The position numbers and the translations under genes were made by a program. A DNA stretch of 64,000 nt, from assembly GCA_965262715.1 (NCBI GenBank), contig OZ253553.1:1184001-1248000 (forward strand), read 5' to 3'. The notes beneath the pieces are model-generated. The model saw nothing but the letters and a program-made list of their open reading frames with translations. It made no database searches and was not told the DNA's origin. This stretch comes from Bdellovibrionales bacterium. GTDB taxonomy: Bacteria > Bdellovibrionota > Bdellovibrionia > Bdellovibrionales > JAUICD01. Below are positions 20,932 to 34,169 of this stretch, piece by piece (the first letter of the stretch is position 1; each line of letters begins with the position of its first letter).

Positions 20932-21140
20932 ACACCTTCATCTTTTCATACAAACTTCTATTTTTTTTATTTCTTCAAGGTATTCATGCATTTTAAGATT
21001 TTATGATTTTTAACTTAGGTTTTAGCAAAAAAAGAAATTTTTAAATACTATTTTTTGAATATTTAAATATTGTGAAAAGAAGACCCTTCAAGTTCTCGCA
21101 TGTATGAGGACTTTTATTGCACATTGTGAAAAAAGATAAA

Positions 21141-21287
21141 TTTTCCCTAACATCATGTTAAAAAACGAAGCATATCTTCCCTACTAAAATGTATCTTCTT
21201 TCTAGGTAGTCAGCATTTTATTGAAGGCGTGAGCCTTCAGGCTGACTGCCAGAAAGTCGCCAGAGGCGAGATGCATTTTAGTGAAAA
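21141..21287 (+). repeat. Structured repeat element, copy abutting the tRNA-Ala CCA end
   Basis: ttttccctaacatcatgttaa...stems...ttagtgaaaa; preceded by a recombinase 3'-end homolog. Confidence 0.85.
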
Positions 21288-21363
<76 letters not shown>

Positions 21364-21494
21364 ATAACGTTTACTTATAACCCTATTATAAGACTTTGTA
21401 AAGCATAATACCATTTAGATATAAAGATATGTAGAAAAGAGAAAACTATAACCTTAATCTTAAATATATAAAGGTATAATTTAAATATTCTTAC

Positions 21495-22898
21495 TTAATC
21501 AAACTCATTATTATTGAGCTTTCTAAAATAGTCATTTGTGGCTTTTTGTACCTTAGGAAATAATAACCAAACAGCAATAAGGTTAGGAACAACCATTAAA
21601 CCATTGGCTACATCACTAAAGTTAATGATGACACTTGAAGACCAAACAGAACCTAAAACGATAAATAAACAGAATAGTATTTTATAACCCATCAAATAGA
21701 ACTCTGTATTTTTTTTATCTTTAAATAAAAAGTGAGTCACTGATTCTCCATAATACGCGTAAGTCAATGCAGTAGAATAAGCAAATAGAGTGACGATAAT
21801 AGGTAGAATATAGTTTCCAAAACCAGGAAGCGCAGAATTAAAAGCTGCAGAAGTTAAATCTACTCCCCCTACTCCTGTCATATCTTCTGACATCCAAACT
21901 CCAGACATTAAAATTACCAGAGCTGTCATAGTGCATATAATTACGGTATCAATAAAAGGTTCTAATAAGGCCACTAACCCTTCTCTGGCAGGGTATTTTG
22001 TGCTAGCTGCTGCATGAGCTATAGATGCAGTGCCAAGACCCGCTTCATTAGAAAAAGAAGCACGCCTTGCTCCTTGCTTCATCACCTCAGCAAATACGAC
22101 TCCAGTAAAACCGCCTACAGCAGCTGTGCCGTTAAAAGCATCTGATATAATTTGTGCAAAAAGGCTAGGTACTTCAGAAATATTCATAAAAATAACCAAC
22201 GAACAAGCAATAATATAAACAACACCCATAAAAGGAACCAAATAACTCGCAATCAAACCAATTCTCTTAATACCACCTATAATAACAACACCAACCAATG
22301 TGGATACTACAATACCCGTTAAAAGCTGAGGTATTCCAAAAGAAGTGTTTAAAGACTGTGCCATATAATAGCTTTGAAATAAGTTGCCCATTCCAAAAGA
22401 ACTGATCATACAAGCTATCGCAAAAAAGATGGCCAAAAACTTCCATGATGGACCCAATCCATTTATAATGTACTGCATAGGTCCACCTAAGACTTTTCCT
22501 TTGCTATCGATATCCCTGTACAAAACACCTAGGGTGCATTCAGCATATTTTGTGGCCATTCCAACAAGGCCAATCAAAATCATCCAGAATGTGGCGCCTG
22601 GTCCTCCTGTCTGAATAGCTATAGCTACACCAGCTATGTTTCCGAGACCTACAGTGCCAGATAAAGCTGCCGAAAGTGCTTGAAAATGTGTGATTTCACC
22701 AGGGTCTGTTTTCTTATCATACCTACCACTTACAATCTTTATAGCATGTAAGAATCCTTTTAATTGAATGCCCTTAAGCAATACAGAGAATAATAGACCA
22801 GATCCTACTAAAAGAATAACTAAAGGTAGGCCCCAAACATAATCAACAGCAGCTTTTAAAAATAAATCAATACTTATAGTAATGCTTTCAAATGACAA
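21495..22898 (-). CDS. Sodium:alanine (AGCS family) symporter
   Basis: GTVGLGNIAGVAIAI..GGPGA.FWM, FSNEAGLG, EPFIDT motifs. Confidence 0.95.
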   Translation of the reverse strand: MSFESITISIDLFLKAAVDYVWGLPLVILLVGSGLLFSVLLKGIQLKGFLHAIKIVSGRYDKKTDPGEITHFQALSAALSGTVGLGNIAGVAIAIQTGGPGATFWMILIGLVGMATKYAECTLGVLYRDIDSKGKVLGGPMQYIINGLGPSWKFLAIFFAIACMISSFGMGNLFQSYYMAQSLNTSFGIPQLLTGIVVSTLVGVVIIGGIKRIGLIASYLVPFMGVVYIIACSLVIFMNISEVPSLFAQIISDAFNGTAAVGGFTGVVFAEVMKQGARRASFSNEAGLGTASIAHAAASTKYPAREGLVALLEPFIDTVIICTMTALVILMSGVWMSEDMTGVGGVDLTSAAFNSALPGFGNYILPIIVTLFAYSTALTYAYYGESVTHFLFKDKKNTEFYLMGYKILFCLFIVLGSVWSSSVIINFSDVANGLMVVPNLIAVWLLFPKVQKATNDYFRKLNNNEFD

Positions 22899-23026
22899 AA
22901 TATCCTCTTTTAATTAGGAAATAGCATATTTCTGGTTATAAAAGTCAATAAATAACTTTAATTATAGCATATTGCATCACTTTTATGAGATTTATACAAG
23001 TAAATGCCACCTACTGAAAGATATGA

Positions 23027-23998
23027 CTATTTAGGTGGATTTTTTTCTTTAGTTTCGGCTTCTAAAGCTTCCTTTTTTTCTTTTTCTTGTTGAAAAAGAT
23101 GTGCAAACTTGTTCACAAATCGATTTGCTGTCTTTTCTAATTGTATAAATTCATCAGTCGCTCTGAATTTTAAGGAACTTATCTTACCTACACTCAGATC
23201 TTCTAAAAATCTCTGAAAAGCATAGATAGGTCCTGCCACTCGGTGAGAAATAGCTACACCTGAGAAAAATAAAATAACCATAAAAGCAATACTCACAAGA
23301 CAGTAGATGATAAGAAAAGTAAGAAGTATTCCTTCAAGTTCCTGGGCGGACTGTTCCAAATTGCTCGACTCTATTTCCCCAAGTGCTACTTTAAGAAAAG
23401 TGTAAGAATAAATACCCGCAATAACAGCAAAAGCACCTCCAAATAAAACCAACCGTAGGCAATAACGAAGTTGATACTTTTTATCAACCCAGTAGCTTTG
23501 CCTTAAATTGGATTCAGGCCATAAATCTTGGCCCTCTGTCACAAAGCCATAGAATATAATGATATACCCCACCCATTGCAATAGATCTGCTAAATTAAAA
23601 ATAGGAGAGTTATAAGAAAAAACCGAAACAAAAACAAAGTCAACAACATGCCCCCAGTAGATACGATCAGTGATATTACCTAAAATACCACCTAACAAAA
23701 TAGACATCCCAATTCTTAAACAAGGCACCTTTAGAGGTAAAAAAATCTGTATCACTATAAATATAAATATTAAAAATCCTCCACTTGTAGATAGAGAAAC
23801 AATACGTAATATAGGCGGCAAATTAGAAAAAAAACCAAAAATAGCTCCAGGATTATAATGCAAGGTAAATCCAATGGGGCCATAAAATTGAATGCCAGAA
23901 AAATCCAAAAACATGTATTTGGTGACTTGATCACCAAACCAAACAAGTGCCACAGGTAGTATAACTAAAAAAAACCAATCTCTCTTTTTAATGAGCAT
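23027..23998 (-). CDS. lspA: Lipoprotein signal peptidase II with a C-terminal membrane/HAMP-like extension
   Basis: DQVTK, NPGAIFG, GNITDR, VVDF, FNLAD; extra ~160 aa with two TM helices and SHRVAGPI...DEF. Confidence 0.85.
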   Translation of the reverse strand: MLIKKRDWFFLVILPVALVWFGDQVTKYMFLDFSGIQFYGPIGFTLHYNPGAIFGFFSNLPPILRIVSLSTSGGFLIFIFIVIQIFLPLKVPCLRIGMSILLGGILGNITDRIYWGHVVDFVFVSVFSYNSPIFNLADLLQWVGYIIIFYGFVTEGQDLWPESNLRQSYWVDKKYQLRYCLRLVLFGGAFAVIAGIYSYTFLKVALGEIESSNLEQSAQELEGILLTFLIIYCLVSIAFMVILFFSGVAISHRVAGPIYAFQRFLEDLSVGKISSLKFRATDEFIQLEKTANRFVNKFAHLFQQEKEKKEALEAETKEKNPPK

Positions 23999-24029
23999 AA
24001 ATCACTTTTTATTTTGTTAGAAAATAAAT

Positions 24030-25541
24030 TTAAAGTTGTTTTTTTTCTACATAAATTAAAGGCGTAAAATCTCCGTTTAAAGACGGTTGATAATTTATAA
24101 CCCGTTTATGAACAATAGATACATCTGTATGATACCATAGAGGAATAATCGGAAGATCATCTATAATAATTTCCTGTACTTTTTGATAGATGGCTTGTCT
24201 TTTTTGAAGAGTTTTTACCTGAGAACCTAATTCCAATAACTCATCTAATTCATTGTTTTTATAAAAACCTCTATTTCTACCTTTAGGAGGAATCTCTAAA
24301 GAATGAAGTGCTATTTTATAGATCTCAGGGGAAAGAACACCTACCCATGTCATCATTGCCATCTGGAAACGCCCAGCTTGAATATCTCCATAATAAGTGG
24401 CCCATTCAAAACTCTGCAGTTGAGTGTTTAACCCAGCTTTTTGAAGCTGGTTGGTAATCACCTTACCAATTTCTACAGAAGAAGACTTATTAGACGTTTT
24501 TAATAAAAGAGACGATTTCAGTTTTAACCGATTAAAAATCTCTTGAGATGCTTTTAGGTTGTATTGTAAACCTTTGATTTTTTTATGAAAAAATGGATTG
24601 TCAGGAGTTAAAAGAGACGTAGCAATTCTTCCCAGCCCAGAAAGTTTAAATTGAATAATCTCATCCCTATTAAGTGCTGTAGAAATAGCTCTTCGGACAG
24701 ACAGATTAGATAGCACTGGGTCCTTTAAGTTCAAAAGAAGATAGCTAACTTTTAATCCAGGGTATTTAAATATTTGAAAATTTGTATTGTCTGTAAATTC
24801 TTTTATTTTATGCACTGGCATCTCTGATTGAATGATGTCAAGTTCCTCTTTTAGAGCTTTGAAATAAAGAGTATTATCACTTCTAATAACTTTAAATATG
24901 ACATTTTTTACTTTAGGCACTGCAATATGATGTTGTTCTCTTGCCTTAAGTATAATTTCATTAGAAGATTGTTTTTCAATACTAAAATGGCCACTTCCTA
25001 TAAGGTGCTTAGAAAAATCGTCTTTATATTTTGTAACAATAGCTTTAGGTAGTATCTTAATGACAGAAATATCTGTAAATAAAGAAAAGGGAGCACGGAA
25101 TCTAGAAAGTATAAGCTGAACTTGAATATGACCATCCTTATTATCGACTTTGAACTCCTTAATGAAATTAAAAGCGCTTTTAAAAGGACCTTTTGTCGTA
25201 TACTCTTTCAGTGAAAAGAGGATATCCTCTTTTGTAACAGGAGACCCATTTGAGAATTTCAAGTTTTCATGTAGATCAAAGGTGTAGGTTAAGTTATTAT
25301 AAGTCCAGCTTTTTGCAGCATCATTTACAGGTTTGAGCTCTGGTCCTATACGAACAAAACAGCTAAAAAGAAGCCCCGCGATATATTGTCCATTAGCATC
25401 TGTTGTAAAGCGTGGGTCTAGTGTTTGAGGCTGGCTTGTAATTGCTACTTGTAAAGTATCTGATAAGTCTCTTGAACCTGTGCAGGAAATAAGCGCAAGG
25501 ATAAAAAAAATACATGCAAAAAAGTTTAAAAACTGGTTCAT
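24030..25541 (-). CDS. ABC transporter substrate-binding lipoprotein, family 5 (OppA/DppA-like)
   Basis: Lipobox LISC; TLDP, FSNGSPVT, IGSGHF, VRRAISTALNR, DLPIIPLW. Confidence 0.9.
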   Translation of the reverse strand: MNQFLNFFACIFFILALISCTGSRDLSDTLQVAITSQPQTLDPRFTTDANGQYIAGLLFSCFVRIGPELKPVNDAAKSWTYNNLTYTFDLHENLKFSNGSPVTKEDILFSLKEYTTKGPFKSAFNFIKEFKVDNKDGHIQVQLILSRFRAPFSLFTDISVIKILPKAIVTKYKDDFSKHLIGSGHFSIEKQSSNEIILKAREQHHIAVPKVKNVIFKVIRSDNTLYFKALKEELDIIQSEMPVHKIKEFTDNTNFQIFKYPGLKVSYLLLNLKDPVLSNLSVRRAISTALNRDEIIQFKLSGLGRIATSLLTPDNPFFHKKIKGLQYNLKASQEIFNRLKLKSSLLLKTSNKSSSVEIGKVITNQLQKAGLNTQLQSFEWATYYGDIQAGRFQMAMMTWVGVLSPEIYKIALHSLEIPPKGRNRGFYKNNELDELLELGSQVKTLQKRQAIYQKVQEIIIDDLPIIPLWYHTDVSIVHKRVINYQPSLNGDFTPLIYVEKKQL

Positions 25542-25844
25542 AGTTTAATCTTAGATATCTTAAAGTCTAGCTTTTTATTAACTATAGGTTTATTTTCAAA
25601 GTACAAACATTTTAAAGGACTTTTTTAATAAAGTCTCTTTAAAACTTTAGGAGGGCTTAAACAGAAAGAAATAATAGAGACTTAGAGTAATTAAGCCAAC
25701 TCAGTTTTAATGTGTTGAGGAGATAGATAGAAATTAAGGACCTAACTCCAAAACTTGATCTTTCATTTTTTTAGATAAATATCCGACTTATATTTAGGTA
25801 CATTCATTTAACCAATAAACAGTACTCATCAAGAGGAATAAGAA

Positions 25845-26639
25845 ATGAACAACCTAAGATGGATATTCTTATCTGTTTTTTTATTGTTTTTAAGCATTGG
25901 ACACAACAAGCTAATAGCTAATGGAAATAACGATAGAAATACACAAAGAGGAGAACTCTTTAATAATGAAAGTGAAGAGATATGTGACCAAAGGCTTGCT
26001 CACATCACTGCTGACTATGGAGGTAATTTTTATGTTTTATGTCTGGAAACAGATGAAAATAATAGAATAAAAGGTTTTCATTACAATACTTACCGTAGAA
26101 AAACCTCTGAATTTGTGAATGGCAAGGCTTATAATGAAGATGAACTGGGGCTTCATAATTGTACACCGTCCCATTTGAACAAAGTTTCTCATGAAATGCC
26201 TTTAAGAAACCAAAACTCTCAAGCCACTCTCAATAACACTAATACAGTTTCTAATCAGCTGTCCTTAAACAACGACGTCAATTTTCCCGTAGCTGGAGAT
26301 AACACTAACTTTGAGAATTGTATTTCCAATCAGACAATTGATATGGGTTCTACAATCGGTTTTAGCGCCTTATATCTTCAAACTTCACACTTTAGTGTTG
26401 ATCAAGGAGGTTATTTATATCTGACATATCTTTCTTCTCCATTTGACAGATCTTATGAAACCTTAGGTCTTCATTTATTTAAATACAACAATAACTGGAT
26501 ACTCAGTGATCTGAATAATCAAAGAATTACAGCCTTAGATGTTGACTTAAACAAGCCTTGGTATCTAATTAAAGCTTTACCCTCAGGTATAAACGACATT
26601 CGTCCTATATATGAAGAAGATCTGTCAGTAGATAAATAA
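25845..26639 (+). CDS. Secreted hypothetical protein
   Basis: Signal-peptide-like N-terminus, GAGG RBS, 264 aa. Confidence 0.7.
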   Translation: MNNLRWIFLSVFLLFLSIGHNKLIANGNNDRNTQRGELFNNESEEICDQRLAHITADYGGNFYVLCLETDENNRIKGFHYNTYRRKTSEFVNGKAYNEDELGLHNCTPSHLNKVSHEMPLRNQNSQATLNNTNTVSNQLSLNNDVNFPVAGDNTNFENCISNQTIDMGSTIGFSALYLQTSHFSVDQGGYLYLTYLSSPFDRSYETLGLHLFKYNNNWILSDLNNQRITALDVDLNKPWYLIKALPSGINDIRPIYEEDLSVDK

Positions 26640-26709
26640 ACTTCACTTTTGTTTTGTAAAATAATCATATTTTATCTGTAATATTCTCCATTTGTTGTCT
26701 TATTTAAAA

Positions 26710-27174
26710 TTAAGATAACCTGTGTTTATCTGTTAATCGAAAAACTATTGGAAAAGTACATAAAATAGCACAACCTAAATCATATATGGCGCAAAGATAG
26801 GCATACCAATTTGGCATTGTTGCTAATGAAAGTAATGTCATACCATGTAATAGGTCAACGATTGTATGAGCTATAAATCCTATAGCTAAGTACCTCAAAG
26901 CTATGCGAGGTGTTTTATTAATAATGATTATAGCAAATAATAAAAAACCAACAGCAAGAACCATGTTAAGCCCACCATTGAAATTTTTAATAATAGGATC
27001 ATCTGCTATTGCAAACCCAATATATATACTAGCAATGAGGACCAACATCATTGTAGCAAATTGAACAAGATGAAGCTCTGTCCTTAAAATGGAGACTTGA
27101 CCCTTTGCTGTGACTGTCAAAAAAGTCAATCTTATAAGATAAAAAAATAAAAAACCAAAAATTAGGAAAAACAA
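26710..27174 (-). CDS. Hypothetical integral membrane protein
   Basis: Multiple TM helices; AHTIVDLLH...PNWY..LCAIYD conserved-looking motif. Confidence 0.6.
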   Translation of the reverse strand: MFFLIFGFLFFYLIRLTFLTVTAKGQVSILRTELHLVQFATMMLVLIASIYIGFAIADDPIIKNFNGGLNMVLAVGFLLFAIIIINKTPRIALRYLAIGFIAHTIVDLLHGMTLLSLATMPNWYAYLCAIYDLGCAILCTFPIVFRLTDKHRLS

Positions 27175-27594
27175 TTTACAAACTTTATCTTAATAAAAAC
27201 CACTAGATTCTTCTTTTTTCAATATTGTCTTAACTCATCTTACGCAAACTTTATAACTTTAAGATATCTGTTGCTTGTTGATTTATCCAAGTTAAACTTT
27301 GCTTGATTACCATCTTTTTAGAATCCATGAGGCCGGAAATCTGGCAGCCTGTTTATTTTGAACTTTTCCCTAATTTTTTTCTCCCACCAAAAGGTAACCG
27401 GTTCCCGGCAACCGTATGTCTGATTGCCAAATGAAAATAAAGCTTAACAAGAGAATACAGCTTATAATTTCAATATGTTGCCTTGAAATGGCAACATATA
27501 ACTTCTAGGGTTATGAAAGTTTTTCATATTTTTATATTAGAGTTATGAAAAATTTTCATGCTGGTTATAGAAAGCTATAAAAATTTCCTGACCT

Positions 27595-28557
27595 ATGTTA
27601 ATGTATCTAGTTATTATGAAACCTTTAGAGTACCCATCTTTAATAGTCCAAGTGTTCTCTTTGACTTTTTTGAGTTCTTTATTGAAGGTGGACTCTGAGT
27701 TTCTTGAACAGGCCAGAAAGGTTTTTGCAGATCCTAATGCCTTAGAGTGGGATTCTTACCTGCAACATCAGACTCAAATAGAATACCTTAAGCGTCATCT
27801 TCCTGATAGTGTCCTATCTCAAATCACAAACATGATGTGGTCTGATTTTTATTACGGTCGAAATACGAAAGAAATAGAAGATAAACTTTTACCTCACTTG
27901 AATCGAATATCTTCGGCGGAATACCAGTTGATTCAACCTACTCGCCTCCGAGCCATATCTAGGTTTAATTTGCATTTTGAGGGGAAAGAATGGGAAGTTC
28001 AACAGGTCAAAGCTCATAACTTTGAACAAAATGATGCTCTTTCAACTGAATATCAACAAGATTTTAGAATAGAAGGGGAGCGAAGGTTCAAAGAGTTGCA
28101 TCTAGGAGACATCTCAGAAACTTTAATTAGGATTCTTCAAAGCCTAGCTTCTCTTATTCATACATACAACTCTGAGATTTTAAATCTTGAAGTTTCTGTC
28201 CATTTTATGAGAATCATTAAACGGCCTTGGAGCTCTCAAGTTGTGACAAATTCTCCAGAAGGAATTCATCAGGATGGAATGGATTTTGTTGTTCCTGCTC
28301 TTGTTATTGAAAGAGAAAATATTCAAGGAGGCCAAAATTTGATTTATGATGCCAGAGGAGTTCCTTTAAGAGAAGATGGAAATCCTAATTTTAAAGAGCA
28401 CCCTCCAAATAAAGAAATTATGTTACTTCCAGGTTATGGACTTTTACACCAGGATCAAGGCAGCCCTCTTTGGCATAAAGTCACTTCCATTGAACTTCAA
28501 GATCATTCAATAGAAGGATATCGATCTATCATTGGAATTGATTTTCAAATAAAATAG
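27595..28557 (+). CDS. 2OG-Fe(II) dioxygenase family protein
   Basis: NSPEGIHQDG (HxD), LWHKVT distal His, GYRSI Arg. Confidence 0.8.
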   Translation: MLMYLVIMKPLEYPSLIVQVFSLTFLSSLLKVDSEFLEQARKVFADPNALEWDSYLQHQTQIEYLKRHLPDSVLSQITNMMWSDFYYGRNTKEIEDKLLPHLNRISSAEYQLIQPTRLRAISRFNLHFEGKEWEVQQVKAHNFEQNDALSTEYQQDFRIEGERRFKELHLGDISETLIRILQSLASLIHTYNSEILNLEVSVHFMRIIKRPWSSQVVTNSPEGIHQDGMDFVVPALVIERENIQGGQNLIYDARGVPLREDGNPNFKEHPPNKEIMLLPGYGLLHQDQGSPLWHKVTSIELQDHSIEGYRSIIGIDFQIK

Positions 28558-29004
28558 TGCTGTTGGTTTATTTTTATGGCCAATGCCTGACACCATGTCT
28601 GACGTATTTTAGCAACTGACCCTACGCAAAATATATTTTAAAACAGAGTTTTCTAATGATTTATTTTTGTTCATACTTATTTAATGGACAAAAAAATACT
28701 TGATATTTACATCTGTATTTTTAGTATACTCTAATGTACTAAAAAAGAAAAAGTTAAAGAAGCTCTCTATTATTCTAAAATAACAAAAGCATCAAAATAT
28801 TTATTTGCATCTCCTACTATCAGAGCTGCATTTTTAGGAATAATAGGAAAAAATTCAACATTTCTAAACCACTTTGGCAAATAATGAATATATATTGTTT
28901 GTTTTATACCTGTGTTTATCTACTTTTTCTTTTGCCAATGAGTCAATCTATTCTATATAGATCAGTAGTTAAAATCTAATTACACCCTTTATAGCTGAAA
29001 TGAG

Positions 29005-30042
29005 CTAAGATAACTCTGGAAGGACAATTTTATTGTCTACACCAAAGATCATAGAAATAAGAGCAGCCCTCGTCCACATACCGTTCCTCTCCTGTCGCCA
29101 GTACATTGCGCGAGGATCATTGTCCACAGCAATGTCTAACTCCTGACAGCGTGGCAAAGGATGCATGATCACACAGTTATCACCAATAAGTCTTAGATGC
29201 TCCTCTCTAAAAAAGAAGTTCTTAATAGATGGGTCCGGCACTGTATCATCTTCGTATTCTGACTGAATACGTGTAATATAAATAGCGTCAGCCTCACTAA
29301 TAGATTTTTTAAAATCTTGTGTTTGAGTAAAGTCTATCCCTTCAGAAACAAGCAATTGATATATATCTTCCTTGATTTGATAAGCTTCAGGTGAAACAAG
29401 GAGTAAACGTACATTTTTAAATAAACAGAGAATTCGTATCAAAGAACGAGTGGTACGGCTTCTTTTAAGGTCCCCTACAAAACATATAGTCTTACCCTCA
29501 ATGTTTCCACTGCCTTTGAAACTCCTCATCAAAGTATAAATATCTAATGCTGCTTGTGTTGGGTGTTCATCAGGCCCACTACCTGCGTTAACAATCGGAA
29601 CTTTCCTAGGACTTTGATCAAGATGTTCAGCCACATTCTCACTCAAACCGGGTATAACTGAACGTATAATCATTAAATCCGCATAACTTGAAAAAGTCCG
29701 CAGAGAATCTAATGTGCTTTCTCCCTTCATTTCAGAACTTGTAGAAGGATCTCTGATTTCTAATGTCTGCATGCCTAAAATATGACACGCTGATTGAAAT
29801 GATAAGAATGTACGTGTAGAAACCTGGGTGAAATACAACATCACACGTTTTTCATTCAATAATCCTTTAAGATAAATCAACCCATCTTTAGACTTATCAA
29901 ATCGCCGAATATGATTTGTCACTCTATAAAGATACTTTAAAGTGGGTAGGTCAAACTGACTAGATTTTAAAATATGATACAAGATGGTAGCCCCTGTTAT
30001 TAAACTCCCCCTTAGATATAATATAAATATTATGGTTGTCAA
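29005..30042 (-). CDS. pyrB: Aspartate carbamoyltransferase catalytic subunit
   Basis: STRT, KGES..D, NAGSG..HPTQ, GDLK, RIQ, MHPLP. Confidence 0.9.
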   Translation of the reverse strand: MTTIIFILYLRGSLITGATILYHILKSSQFDLPTLKYLYRVTNHIRRFDKSKDGLIYLKGLLNEKRVMLYFTQVSTRTFLSFQSACHILGMQTLEIRDPSTSSEMKGESTLDSLRTFSSYADLMIIRSVIPGLSENVAEHLDQSPRKVPIVNAGSGPDEHPTQAALDIYTLMRSFKGSGNIEGKTICFVGDLKRSRTTRSLIRILCLFKNVRLLLVSPEAYQIKEDIYQLLVSEGIDFTQTQDFKKSISEADAIYITRIQSEYEDDTVPDPSIKNFFFREEHLRLIGDNCVIMHPLPRCQELDIAVDNDPRAMYWRQERNGMWTRAALISMIFGVDNKIVLPELS

Positions 30043-30081
30043 TACTTAAAAATAGCCGAATTTTAAGATAAACAAGGATTG

Positions 30082-31806
<1,725 letters not shown>

Positions 31807-31887
31807 TTAACTTTTCTCCTAAAGATTCTTATGCTCTCAAATTTTTTAAGCAATAGTCAGTAAGAGAGTAGGAAAATGCCTTATAAT

Positions 31888-32595
31888 CTAAATAATTTCA
31901 CTCTGCGCTTTAGTTAAATCCAGGTTAACACTTGCTCCCATTGCCGAAGAAATAGTTAGTTTTTTTAAATAAACTCCCTTGCTTTTATCAGGTTTGGCCT
32001 TCAAGATAGCCGCCAATATAACCAGTAAATTTTCCTTAAGCTTTTCTACCCCTAAACTCCCGCGACCGAAAGATGCATGCACAATGCCATTTTTATCAAT
32101 ACGGAAGTTTAATTTACCCTTCTTTTCTGCCGCTACAGCCTTTTTTACATCAAGTGTCACTGTACCCGTTTTAGGGTTTGGCATTAAACCCCTTGGACCT
32201 AAAATTTTTGCAACTCTAGAAACTAAAGGCATTATATCAGGTGTCGCAATAGCCCTATCAAAATCTAACCACCCTCCTTTAATTTTATCGATAAGATCTT
32301 CGTCCCCTACAAAGCTTGCACCAGCTTCTTTGGCTTCCTGCTCTTTTTCACCCTTTGCAAAAACTAAAATACGAATATCTTTCCCAAGTCCATGAGGTAA
32401 ACTTACAGCCCCCCTAACCTGCTGTTGAGATTGCTTAGGGTCCACTCCCAAATGTAAGGCCAAATCAATAGATTCATCGAATTTTACCTTATAAGGAGTG
32501 TCTACAATGATTTTTAATGCCTCTGAAATAGTGTACTTTTTTTTTTCTTCAATTTGAGCTTGTGCAGCTGTTAGCCTTTTAGAAAGTTTTGTCAT
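31888..32595 (-). CDS. rplA: 50S ribosomal protein L1
   Basis: LPHGLGK, LGPRGLMPNPKTGTVT. Confidence 0.98.
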   Translation of the reverse strand: MTKLSKRLTAAQAQIEEKKKYTISEALKIIVDTPYKVKFDESIDLALHLGVDPKQSQQQVRGAVSLPHGLGKDIRILVFAKGEKEQEAKEAGASFVGDEDLIDKIKGGWLDFDRAIATPDIMPLVSRVAKILGPRGLMPNPKTGTVTLDVKKAVAAEKKGKLNFRIDKNGIVHASFGRGSLGVEKLKENLLVILAAILKAKPDKSKGVYLKKLTISSAMGASVNLDLTKAQSEII

Positions 32596-32640
32596 AAAAA
32601 TTTATCCCTCTCTTTTTTTATTTTTTGAGTGTCTACTACT

Positions 32641-33066
32641 TTAATCTACTACTTCTATCCCCATGCTCTTGGCCGTACCCATCACTTGAGAGCTTGCGGA
32701 TTTTAAAGATAATCCATTGAGATCTGGAAGTTTTATTTTAGCGATCTTTTCAATAGTGGTTTTATTGATTTTTCCTACTTTGTCTTTTTGTGGTGTTTTA
32801 GACCCGCTTTTGAGTTGCAGTTCTTTTTTGATCAGTATAGATACAGGAGGAGTTTTTGTAATGAAAGAAAATGACCTGTCTTGATAGACCGTGATAACAA
32901 CAGGAATGAGCATATCTCCCTGTTTCTGAGTTTCTGCATTGAATTTCTTACAGAAATCCATAATATTTACACCATGTTGACCTAAAGCAGGGCCAATTGG
33001 AGGTGCTGGAGTGGCTTTTCCCGCTGGAATCTGTAGCTTTATATTACCTGTGATTTTCTTTGCCAT
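32641..33066 (-). CDS. rplK: 50S ribosomal protein L11
   Basis: [31 protein letters not shown]. Confidence 0.98.
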   Translation of the reverse strand: MAKKITGNIKLQIPAGKATPAPPIGPALGQHGVNIMDFCKKFNAETQKQGDMLIPVVITVYQDRSFSFITKTPPVSILIKKELQLKSGSKTPQKDKVGKINKTTIEKIAKIKLPDLNGLSLKSASSQVMGTAKSMGIEVVD

Positions 33067-33670
33067 TTTTTCCCCCTATCTTATTAAAAGTACCTCTTAA
33101 TTAAATAGTTATAATGTCATTAAATTACAGCTTACTATGAGTCTATTGGTAAATACATAAATAGTTTATACCATTCTCCTCTTTTCTAGTTTTTCTAACC
33201 TTATACACAAGTTTAAGACAAATGACAAGCAATCTTCATCATATAGATGCATTTTTTATATATTTGTATAGAAACTACCTTCTGAGTATTTTTTATTTTT
33301 GGCACTGTATTTCCTAACTTGTATCAGTGCTTAAAGTTTGATAAATATATGCTTTTAACATAAGTATCAAGGTTTAATAAACACAAGCTCTTTTGTTAAA
33401 AATGACGTAAAATTGTCAATTTTATAAAATAAAAAGATTTCTCAATAAAAAGAGAGGTTTCTTAGAAGTGATTACATTATAACAATATAAACTTATTCTT
33501 CATAAATTCACCTTATATGGCCATAAGTTAGAGTTATTCTGAGATAATTTGAAAAATTTATGTCATCTAAATAAGTATTGAACCTTTTTAAGGTATATCA
33601 TACCATATTCATGTTAAGCTGATTTTTCTTTAGAATTTTAATAAACTTGCGATTTATTTAAGGATGTAAA

Positions 33671-34066
33671 ATGTATAAGATAGAAATCAATCCACGCTTT
33701 AAAGATACAGATGCCTTAGGTCATATCAATAATGCTTCTTTTATTACCTGGATAGAGGAGGCTAGGAGGCCAGTATTTGAAGAGTTTAATTCTGAACTTT
33801 CTATTGAAAAGTGGAATTTGATTATAGCAAGAGTTGAAATGGATTTTGTAGCTCAATGCTATTATGGAAAAAAGGTAGTGATTAACTCCTCTATTGAAAA
33901 AATAGGAACATCATCTCTTATCATCTATCATGATTTACTTCAGGAAAACACAAAGATTGCGCAAGGCAAGTCTATTCTTGTCCATTTTGATTATAGTAAA
34001 AACAAAAGTGTTCCCATCCCAGAAGAAATAAAGCAATCTTTAAAAAAACATCTTAAAAATTCATAA
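33671..34066 (+). CDS. Acyl-CoA thioesterase (4HBT/hot-dog fold)
   Basis: RFKDTDALGHINNA motif. Confidence 0.9.
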   Translation: MYKIEINPRFKDTDALGHINNASFITWIEEARRPVFEEFNSELSIEKWNLIIARVEMDFVAQCYYGKKVVINSSIEKIGTSSLIIYHDLLQENTKIAQGKSILVHFDYSKNKSVPIPEEIKQSLKKHLKNS

Positions 34067-34169
34067 AACCTTTCAAAAAATTTTATTGTTTTTCATTCAA
34101 AAGATGATATAAAAAAACAAAATTTTCAAAATATTACCTGTTTCACTTTTACTCTTTAAAGAAAATATT

